From the IMG/VR virus record IMGVR_UViG_2695420602_000001: a stretch of 5,348 nucleotides of DNA; one strand, 5' to 3'. Positions within the stretch are counted from its first letter, which is position 1. Each line of letters opens with the position of its first letter. Source of the stretch: a virus. Taxonomy: Duplodnaviria; Heunggongvirae; Uroviricota; Caudoviricetes. The translations under genes and the position numbers were made by a program. Positions 1-5,348 of the stretch are shown piece by piece. A model generated the notes under the pieces. The model was not told the origin of the DNA and did no database searches. It saw only the letters and a program-made list of their open reading frames with translations.

Positions 1-356
1 TTGCTGATTACGTGCAGCTTTCCCTTCAGGCGGGATTCATACAGCGGCCAGCCATCCGTCATCCATATCACCACGTCAAAGGGTGACAGCAGGCTCATAA
101 GACGCCCCAGCGTCGCCATAGTGCGTTCACCGAATACGTGCGCAACAACCGTCTTCCGGAGACTGTCATACGCGTAAAACAGCCAGCGCTGGCGCGATTT
201 AGCCCCGACATAGCCCCACTGTTCGTCCATTTCCGCGCAGACGATGACGTCACTGCCCGGCTGTATGCGCGAGGTTACCGACTGCGGCCTGAGTTTTTTA
301 AGTGACGTAAAATCGTGTTGAGGCCAACGCCCATAATGCGGGCAGTTGCCCGGCAT
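1..356 (-). CDS. insB: IS1 InsB, partial (N-terminal ~118 codons; C-terminus lies beyond window start). Expressed naturally as the InsAB' fusion by -1 frameshifting.
   Basis: Minus-strand ATG at 354-356 begins MPGNCPHYG..., and the window start corresponds to ...[10 protein letters not shown] of InsB. No stop codon before the window edge. Confidence 0.85.
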
Positions 357-550
357 CCAACGCCATTCATGGCCATATCAATGATTTTCTGGTGCGTACC
401 GGGTTGAGAAGCGGTGTAAGTGAACTGCAGTTGCCATGTTTTACGGCAGTGAGAGCAGAGATAGCGCTGATGTCCGGCGGTGCTTTTGCCGTTACGCACC
501 ACCCCGTCAGTAGCTGAACAGGAGGGACAGCTGATAGAAACAGAAGCCAC
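275..550 (-). CDS. insA: IS1 InsA (transposition repressor / N-terminal part of the InsAB' transposase)
   Basis: 91-aa [25 protein letters not shown]...[10 protein letters not shown], with the zinc-finger-like CxxC...CxxC N-terminus and helix-turn-helix typical of InsA. Confidence 0.95.
293..299 (-). other. IS1 A6C programmed -1 ribosomal frameshift motif (AAAAAAC) at the insA/insB overlap
   Basis: Plus strand gtttttt at 293-299 is AAAAAAC on the minus strand, located just upstream of the insA stop codon (275-277), as in canonical IS1. Confidence 0.8.
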
Positions 551-582
551 TGGAGCACCTCAAAAACACCATCATACACTAA

Positions 583-605
583 ATCAGTAAGTTGGCAGCA
601 TCACC
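583..605 (-). repeat. IS1 left terminal inverted repeat (IRL, 23 bp)
   Basis: Plus strand reads atcagtaagttggcagcatcacc, the reverse complement of the IS1 terminus GGTGATGCTGCCAACTTACTGAT. Confidence 0.9.
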
Positions 606-802
606 CATCCGGCACTGACAGTTTACTGAAAGGATATTTCCCTGAAAAGTCAGACCATAACGCGAAAGCGCACGGCGAGGTAGCTGGTTCATAGATAGCC
701 TGTCGTTAAATTTTCGTCGACCGTGCGCTTCCGGTTGTGGCAACCCGCGAAATGGCGCGGCGGTAAGTATGGCGGGGTTATTCCTTCCCCGTTGAGGACA
801 CC

Positions 803-839
803 GGGTTGTCAGGTTGACCATACGCTTAAGTGACAACCC
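803..839. other. Perfect 9-bp inverted repeat (GGGTTGTCA / TGACAACCC) with 19-nt loop inside an ORF-poor segment; candidate RNA hairpin or protein-binding palindrome
   Basis: 803-811 gggttgtca is the exact reverse complement of 831-839 tgacaaccc. Neighbouring short palindromes at 733-745 (ggttg-tgg-caacc) and 746-759 (cgcg-aaatgg-cgcg). Confidence 0.3.
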
Positions 840-879
840 CGCTGCAACGCCCTCTGTTATCAATTTTCTGGTGACGTTT

Positions 880-922
880 GGCGGTATCAGTTTTACTCCG
901 TGACTGCTCTGCCGCCCTTTTT
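880..922 (+). terminator. Candidate rho-independent terminator (imperfect stem followed by T5 run)
   Basis: ggcgg (880-884) pairs with ccgcc (912-916) and cagt (888-891) with actg (903-906); followed by c-ttttt (918-922). The stem is interrupted by an asymmetric internal loop, so this is weak. Confidence 0.25.
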
Positions 923-1015
923 AAAGTGAATTTTGTGATGTGGTGAATGCGGCTGAGCGCACGCGGAACAGTTAAAACCAAAAACAGTGTTATGGGTGGA
1001 TTCTCTGTATCCGGC

Positions 1016-1058
1016 GTTAATTGTTAACTGGTTAACGTCACCTGGAGGCACCAGGCAC
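1016..1058. promoter_or_regulatory. Operator-like cluster of palindromes upstream of the small-ORF/exonuclease operon: tandem GTTAAC sites (1023-1028, 1031-1036) and CCTGG-N5-CCAGG (1041-1055)
   Basis: Palindromes read directly from the sequence, ~40-70 bp upstream of the ORF at 1092. No convincing sigma70 -35/-10 pair could be assigned by eye. Confidence 0.25.
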
Positions 1059-1091
1059 TGCATCACAAAATTCATTGTTGAGGACGCGATA

Positions 1092-1280
1092 ATGAAAACG
1101 TTATTACCAAACGTTAATACGTCTGAAGGTTGTTTTGAAATTGGTGTCACTATCAGTAACCCAGTATTTACTGAAGATGCCATTAACAAGAGAAAACAAG
1201 AACGGGAGCTATTAAATAAAATATGCATTGTTTCAATGCTGGCTCGTTTACGTCTGATGCCAAAAGGATGTGCACAATGA
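1092..1280 (+). CDS. Small hypothetical prophage protein (62 aa), first gene of the putative operon
   Basis: ORF MKTLLPNVNTSEGCFEIGVTISNPVFTEDAINKRKQERELLNKICIVSMLARLRLMPKGCAQ. GAGGA (1080-1084) sits ~8 nt upstream of the ATG at 1092. The longer ORF-track start at 987 overlaps the operator-like region and lacks an RBS. Stop overlaps the next start (ATGA). Confidence 0.5.
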   Translation: MKTLLPNVNTSEGCFEIGVTISNPVFTEDAINKRKQERELLNKICIVSMLARLRLMPKGCAQ

Positions 1281-1468
1281 ATTCAGCATTTGTGCTTGTT
1301 CTGACAGTTTTTCTTGTTTCCGGAGAGCCAGTTGATATTGCAGTCAGTGTGCACAGGACAATGCAGGAGTGTATGACTGCAGCAACCGAACAGAAAATTC
1401 CCGGTAACTGTTACCCGGTCGATAAAGTTATTCACCAGGATAATATCGAAATCCCGGCAGGTCTTTAA
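1277..1468 (+). CDS. Small hypothetical prophage protein (63 aa) with N-terminal hydrophobic segment (signal peptide or membrane anchor) and two Cys
   Basis: MNSAFVLVLTVFLVSGEPVDIAVSVHRTMQECMTAATEQKIPGNCYPVDKVIHQDNIEIPAGL. AAGGA lies 7 nt upstream of the ATG at 1277. The ATG overlaps the upstream TGA stop (1278-1280), implying translational coupling. ORF-track start at 1223 is an in-frame upstream extension. Confidence 0.55.
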   Translation: MNSAFVLVLTVFLVSGEPVDIAVSVHRTMQECMTAATEQKIPGNCYPVDKVIHQDNIEIPAGL

Positions 1469-1561
1469 AACAGTTCCGTAATAAATATCCGGTTTCATTC
1501 TTATATGCCAGCAATGGCAGGGATTTGTTCATCCTTAAATCTGTCATGAGGTTAAAACAAA

Positions 1562-4033
1562 ATGAGTAAAGTCTTTATTTGCGCCGCTATTCCTGACGAA
1601 CTGGCAACAAGGGAAGAAGGCGCTGTGGCTGTAGCCACAGCCATTGAAGCTGGCGACGAACGCCGTGCTCGAGCAAAATTTCACTGGCAGTTCCTGGAAC
1701 ATTATCCGGCTGCTCAGGACTGCGCTTATAAATTTATTGTCTGCGAGGATAAACCTGGCATACCCCGCCCTGCCCTCGATTCATGGGATGCTGAATATAT
1801 GCAGGAAAACCGCTGGGATGAGGAGTCTGCTTCTTTTGTCCCGGTTGAGACTGAATCCGATCCGATGAACGTCACTTTTGACAAGCTGGCCCCTGAAGTA
1901 CAGAACGCTGTCATGGTTAAGTTCGACACATGTGAAAACATCACCGTTGATATGGTTATTAGCGCACAGGAATTGTTGCAGGAAGACATGGCAACATTCG
2001 ACGGACATATCGTTGAAGCGTTGATGAAAATGCCAGAAGTTAACGCCATGTATCCGGAGCTTAAGTTGCACGCCATTGGGTGGGTTAAGCATAAATGTAT
2101 TCCTGGTGCTAAATGGCCCGAAATTCAGGCAGAGATGCGCATCTGGAAAAAACGTCGCGAAGGTGAACGCAAGGAAACCGGAAAATACACGTCTGTTGTT
2201 GATCTCGCCCGCGCCAGAACCAATCAACAGTACACTGAAAATTCAACAGGAAAAATCAGCCCGGTCATTGCTGCCATTCATCGCGAATACAAGCAGACAT
2301 GGAAAACACTGGATGACGAACTGGCCTACGCTCTCTGGCCTGGTGATGTGGATGCCGGAAACATTGACGGCAGCATCCATCGCTGGGCAAAAAAAGAAGT
2401 TATCGACAACGACCGCGAAGACTGGAAGCGTATCTCGGCATCAATGCGCAAACAGCCTGATGCCCTTCGCTACGACCGCCAGACTATTTTTGGCCTTGTC
2501 CGTGAGCGTCCGATCGACATTCACAAAGATCCCATAGCACTGAACAAATATATCTGCGAATACCTGACGACAAAGGGCGTGTTTGAGAATGAAGAAACAG
2601 ACCTGGGCACTGTTGATGTTCTCCAGTCATCAGAAACACAAACTGATGCAGTGGAAACTGAGGTATCTGATATCCCAAAAAATGAAACCGCGCCGGAAGC
2701 TGAACCATCTGTAGAGCGTGAGGGGCCGTTCTATTTCCTCTTCGCAGATAAGGACGGAGAAAAATACGGTCGCGCAAACAAACTTTCTGGTCTGGATAAG
2801 GCACTGGCTGCTGGCGCCACTGAAATCACAAAAGAAGAATATTTTGCCCGAAAAAATGGCACATACACGGGCTTACCGCAAAATGTAGATACCGCTGAAG
2901 ATTCAGAACAACCAGAGCCGATAAAAGTTACCGCTGACGAAGTAAACAAAATTATGCAGGCAGCCAATATCAGCCAGCCTGACGCCGATAAGTTGCTTGC
3001 TGCATCACGTGGTGAATTTGTTGAAGGGATTAGTGACCCGAATGATCCGAAATGGGTTAAGGGGATCCAGACCCGCGATTCTGTGAACCAGAACCAGCAT
3101 GAATCGGAACGGAACTACCAAAAAGCGGAACAAAACAGCACAAATGCGTTACAAAACGAGCCAGAAACGAAACAGCCTGAACCAGTGGCGCAACTGGAAG
3201 TGGAAAAAGTCTGCACCGCCTGCGGTCAGACCGGCGGCGGCAACTGCCCTGATTGTGGCGCGGTGATGGGCGACGCAACATACCAGGAAACATTCGATGA
3301 AGAGTATCAGGTTGAAGTTCAGGAAGATGATCTGGAGGAAATGGAAGGCGCTGAACATCCACACAAGGAGAACACTGGCGGCAATCAGCATCACAATAGC
3401 GATAATGAAACTGGCGAGACGGCAGATCACTCAATTAAGGTGAACGGTCATCACGAAATCACATCCACCAGCAGGACGTGTGACCATCTAATGATCGACC
3501 TTGAAACCATGGGAAAAAATCCTGATGCCCCGATCATCTCAATAGGTGCAATATTTTTCGATCCGCAAACCGGAGATATGGGACCGGAATTTAGTAAGAC
3601 TATCGATCTGGAAACTGCTGGCGGAGTCATTGATCGGGACACCATTAAATGGTGGCTTAAGCAATCACGCGAAGCGCAATCTGCCATTATGACCGATGAA
3701 ATCCCGTTAGATGATGCACTGTTACAATTGCGGGAATTTATCGACGAAAACTCCGGTGAATTTTTTGTTCAGGTTTGGGGAAATGGAGCCAACTTCGACA
3801 ACACGATTTTGCGCCGTTCATACGAACGGCAGGGGATCCCCTGCCCGTGGCGTTACTACAACGATCGCGATGTACGCACAATCGTTGAGCTGGGGAAAGC
3901 CATAGACTTCGATGCCAGAACGGCTATTCCATTCGAAGGTGAGCGCCATAATGCACTTGATGACGCCCGTTACCAGGCAAAATACGTTTCAGTTATCTGG
4001 CAAAAACTGATCCCGAGTCAGGCTGATTCTTAA
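1562..4033 (+). CDS. RecE-like exodeoxyribonuclease VIII family protein (823 aa): N-terminal region of unknown function, acidic low-complexity linker, CxxC-x9-CxxC zinc-ribbon motif, C-terminal DEDDh-type 3'-5' exonuclease domain
   Basis: Long uninterrupted ORF with GAGG 10 nt upstream. Residues ~474-600 (DADKLLAASRGEFVEGISDPNDPKWVKGIQ...CTACGQTGGGNCPDCG...) match what I recall of the central region of Rac RecE. The C-terminal ~180 aa carry DEDDh motifs: MIDLET (Exo I), VWGNGANFDNTIL (Exo II), HNALDDARY (Exo III, H-x4-D). Confidence 0.85.
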   Translation: MSKVFICAAIPDELATREEGAVAVATAIEAGDERRARAKFHWQFLEHYPAAQDCAYKFIVCEDKPGIPRPALDSWDAEYMQENRWDEESASFVPVETESDPMNVTFDKLAPEVQNAVMVKFDTCENITVDMVISAQELLQEDMATFDGHIVEALMKMPEVNAMYPELKLHAIGWVKHKCIPGAKWPEIQAEMRIWKKRREGERKETGKYTSVVDLARARTNQQYTENSTGKISPVIAAIHREYKQTWKTLDDELAYALWPGDVDAGNIDGSIHRWAKKEVIDNDREDWKRISASMRKQPDALRYDRQTIFGLVRERPIDIHKDPIALNKYICEYLTTKGVFENEETDLGTVDVLQSSETQTDAVETEVSDIPKNETAPEAEPSVEREGPFYFLFADKDGEKYGRANKLSGLDKALAAGATEITKEEYFARKNGTYTGLPQNVDTAEDSEQPEPIKVTADEVNKIMQAANISQPDADKLLAASRGEFVEGISDPNDPKWVKGIQTRDSVNQNQHESERNYQKAEQNSTNALQNEPETKQPEPVAQLEVEKVCTACGQTGGGNCPDCGAVMGDATYQETFDEEYQVEVQEDDLEEMEGAEHPHKENTGGNQHHNSDNETGETADHSIKVNGHHEITSTSRTCDHLMIDLETMGKNPDAPIISIGAIFFDPQTGDMGPEFSKTIDLETAGGVIDRDTIKWWLKQSREAQSAIMTDEIPLDDALLQLREFIDENSGEFFVQVWGNGANFDNTILRRSYERQGIPCPWRYYNDRDVRTIVELGKAIDFDARTAIPFEGERHNALDDARYQAKYVSVIWQKLIPSQADS

Positions 4034-4044
4034 TGTTCAACTGT

Positions 4045-4076
4045 CGCCGGTTGTGACTGGTATTCTGCAACCGGCG
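4045..4076 (+). other. Intergenic GC-rich hairpin between exonuclease and excisionase genes (9-bp stem, 14-nt loop, no U-tract)
   Basis: cgccggttg (4045-4053) is the exact reverse complement of caaccggcg (4068-4076). Lies 12 nt after the exonuclease stop and 30 nt before the xis-like ATG. Confidence 0.35.
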
Positions 4077-4105
4077 CTCGTCTAATGTAAGAGATAAAGA
4101 AATCG

Positions 4106-4357
4106 ATGAGCGAAGTAATCATGATTGTCTCTCCCGGCAAATGGGTATCCGAAGAGCAGTTAATTGCGCTGAAAGGAATAAAAAAAGGTACGTTAAAAAA
4201 GGCCCGGGAAAAATCGTTTATGGAAGGAAGGGAATATAAGCATGTCGCTCATGACGGTATGCCATGGGATAACAGCCCATGCTTTTACAACCTGGAAGAA
4301 ATTGATCGCTGGATTGAGCGCCAGGCATCAGCGAGACCAAGACGTCATCTTACTTGA
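4106..4357 (+). CDS. xis: Excisionase-like protein (Rac YdaQ / DUF1233-type putative Xis), 83 aa
   Basis: MSEVIMIVSPGKWVSEEQLIALKGIKKGTLKKAREKSFMEGREYKHVAHDG...NLEEIDRWIERQ. Small basic protein immediately upstream of the integrase; the KWVSE...AREK.FMEGRE...IDRWIE pattern fits enterobacterial prophage excisionase-like proteins as I recall them. Confidence 0.65.
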   Translation: MSEVIMIVSPGKWVSEEQLIALKGIKKGTLKKAREKSFMEGREYKHVAHDGMPWDNSPCFYNLEEIDRWIERQASARPRRHLT

Positions 4358-4391
4358 CTAAAAGCCACACTAACTAATGAGAGAAGTTGAA

Positions 4392-5219
4392 ATGAAATAT
4401 CCGACAGGCGTGGAAAACCATGGAGGGAAATTACGTATCTGGTTTGTTTATAAAGGCGTAAGAGTCAGGGAAAATCTGGGGGTTCCTGACACAGCAAAAA
4501 ACAGGCGCGTTGCAGGTGAACTACGCGCCTCTGTTTGTTACGCAATAAAAACTGGTGTTTTCGACTATGCAAAACAGTTTCCCTCCTCACGCAATCTGGA
4601 AAAATTTGGTGAGGCCCGACAAGATTTAACCATAAAAGAACTGGCTGAAAAATTTCTGGCACTGAAAGAAACTGAAGTCGCAAAAACATCACTCAACACA
4701 TACCGTGCCGTCATCAAAAATATCCTGAGCATAATCGGTGAAAAAAATCTTGCCTCATCGATTAATAAAGAAAAATTACTGGAGGTTCGTAAAGAGCTAC
4801 TGACTGGATACCAGATCCCCAAAAGTAACTATATTGTTACACAACCAGGGAGATCGGCTGTAACTGTAAATAATTACATGACAAATCTTAACGCCGTGTT
4901 CCAGTTTGGTGTTGATAACGGTTACTTGGCAGATAACCCGTTTAAGGGGATCTCGCCATTAAAGGAATCAAGAACCATTCCGGATCCTCTTTCGCGGGAG
5001 GAATTCATCCGTCTTATCGATGCGTGCAGAAATCAGCAAGCCAAAAATTTATGGTGTGTTTCTGTTTATACTGGCGTTCGCCCTGGTGAGCTGTGTGCAC
5101 TTGGATGGGAGGACATAGATCTGAAAAATGGAACAATGATGATCAGGAGAAATTTAGCAAAAGACCGTTTCACGGTACCAAAAACACAGGCGGGAACCAA
5201 TCGGGTCATTCATCGGTAA
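4392..5219 (+). pseudogene. int: Lambda/Rac-type tyrosine integrase, 3'-truncated by IS1 insertion (~275 of an expected ~400+ codons; catalytic H-x-x-R and Tyr region missing)
   Basis: Translation MKYPTGVENHGGKLRIWFVYKGVRVRENLG... resembles the N-terminus of IntR-type integrases, and TGVRPGELCALGWEDIDL carries the first catalytic Arg box. The ORF ends at TAA 5217-5219, which lies inside the IS1 terminal repeat GGTAATGAC starting at 5215. Probable start is the ATG at 4392 (GAGAAG RBS) rather than the ORF-track ATG at 4377. Confidence 0.85.
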
Positions 5220-5237
5220 TGACTCCAACTTATTGAT
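5215..5237 (-). repeat. IS1 right terminal inverted repeat (IRR, 23 bp)
   Basis: ggtaatgactccaacttattgat at 5215-5237 forms an imperfect inverted repeat with the IRL at 583-605. Confidence 0.9.
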
Positions 5238-5348
5238 AGTGTTTTATGTTCAGATAATGCCCGATGACTTTGTCATGCAGCTCCACCGATTTTGAGAACG
5301 ACAGCGACTTCCGTCCCAGCCGTGCCAGGTGCTGCCTCAGATTCAGGT
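5230..5348 (-). CDS. insB: IS1 InsB, partial (C-terminal ~39 codons; start lies beyond window end)
   Basis: Minus-strand reading ends ...[15 protein letters not shown] with stop (tta on plus strand) at 5230-5232, matching the InsB C-terminus. Confidence 0.85.

Larger units (their letters stand above)
1..605 (-). mobile_element. IS1: IS1 insertion sequence, partial (IS1 positions ~1-605; copy continues beyond window start). Left inverted repeat abuts prophage DNA at 605.
   Basis: Reverse complement of 1-605 matches the IS1 sequence as I recall it, from the terminal GGTGATGCTGCCAACTTACTGAT through insA and into insB. The InsA translation (275..550) is intact and canonical. Confidence 0.95.
5215..5348 (-). 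mobile_element. IS1: IS1 insertion sequence, partial (right end, IS1 positions ~635-768; continues beyond window end)
   Basis: 5215-5348 is the reverse complement of the IS1 right end as I recall it (GGTAATGACTCCAACTTATTGATAGTGTTTTATGTTCAGATAATGCCCGATGAC...). Confidence 0.93.

Noticed and set aside
367-579. 70-aa minus-strand ORF inside IS1, in a different frame from insA
   Set aside because: Lies entirely within IS1 in an alternative frame overlapping insA and the IRL. It is not a known IS1 gene product and is most likely a chance ORF.
579-863. 94-aa minus-strand ORF spanning the IS1/prophage junction
   Set aside because: Its C-terminal codons are read from IS1 sequence, the composition is Arg/Pro-rich and not protein-like, and no RBS was seen. 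More likely a chance ORF across a structured non-coding region.
606-1090. Possibility of a retron msr/msd, tRNA/tmRNA attachment site or CRISPR repeat in the structured non-coding region
   Set aside because: No reverse transcriptase gene, no recognisable tRNA cloverleaf or CCA-adjacent acceptor features, and no repeated spacer-repeat units; left only as a generic structured-RNA candidate in the findings.
987-1091. Longer N-terminal extension of the first small ORF (ORF-track start at 987)
   Set aside because: The extension covers the palindrome/operator-like region and has no Shine-Dalgarno sequence, whereas the internal ATG at 1092 has GAGGA at proper spacing.
893-1228. 111-aa minus-strand ORF antisense to the first small plus-strand ORF and the operator region
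   Set aside because: Overlaps and opposes the better-supported plus-strand operon with no clear RBS; treated as an antisense chance ORF.
1283-1498. 71-aa minus-strand ORF antisense to the second small ORF
   Set aside because: Antisense overlap with a plus-strand ORF that has an RBS and coupling signal; no independent support.
1506-1519. Short palindrome TGCCA-gcaa-TGGCA upstream of the exonuclease start
   Set aside because: Only 5-bp arms; too short to distinguish from chance without conservation data.
3602-3616. Second IDLET motif (aa ~681-685) in the exonuclease domain, possible duplicated Exo I motif
   Set aside because: The first IDLET (aa ~645-649) has the expected context and spacing relative to the Exo II and Exo III motifs. 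The second is most simply a coincidental or local repeat; a structure prediction would be needed to say more.
1726-3687. Minus-strand ORFs antisense to the exonuclease gene (1726..2076, 1781..2227, 2484..2804, 2731..2967, 3057..3434, 3149..3430, 3451..3687)
   Set aside because: All are antisense to a well-supported long CDS, with low-complexity or odd composition; typical chance ORFs.
1644-3905. Same-strand alternative-frame ORFs inside the exonuclease gene (1644..1868, 2076..2537, 3711..3905)
   Set aside because: Fully embedded in the 823-aa ORF in other frames; the long frame has clear domain motifs, so these are overlap artifacts.
4465-4822. Minus-strand ORFs (4465..4692, 4565..4822) antisense to the integrase
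   Set aside because: Embedded antisense in the integrase coding region; no support.

Overview
This window is a fragment of a lambdoid, Rac-like prophage recombination/integration module from an enterobacterium (E. coli/Shigella type), bracketed by two partial IS1 copies in the same orientation (1-605 and 5215-5348, both minus strand). Between them (606-5214) lie: a ~480-bp non-coding stretch with strong hairpins and a terminator-like structure; two small, translationally coupled ORFs; an 823-aa RecE-like protein whose C-terminal nuclease is a DEDDh (DnaQ/RNase T-like) 3'-5' exonuclease domain rather than the PD-(D/E)XK domain of classical RecE; an excisionase-like gene; and a lambda-type integrase cut off by the IS1 insertion before its catalytic His/Arg/Tyr residues. 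No CRISPR array, tRNA or rRNA was seen. I do not see a complete, clearly novel multi-gene system. The best candidates for follow-up are the domain-swapped exonuclease with no annealase partner in the window, the coupled small ORF pair, and the structured non-coding region. All homology statements come from reading the translations and from memory of known families; no searches were run.
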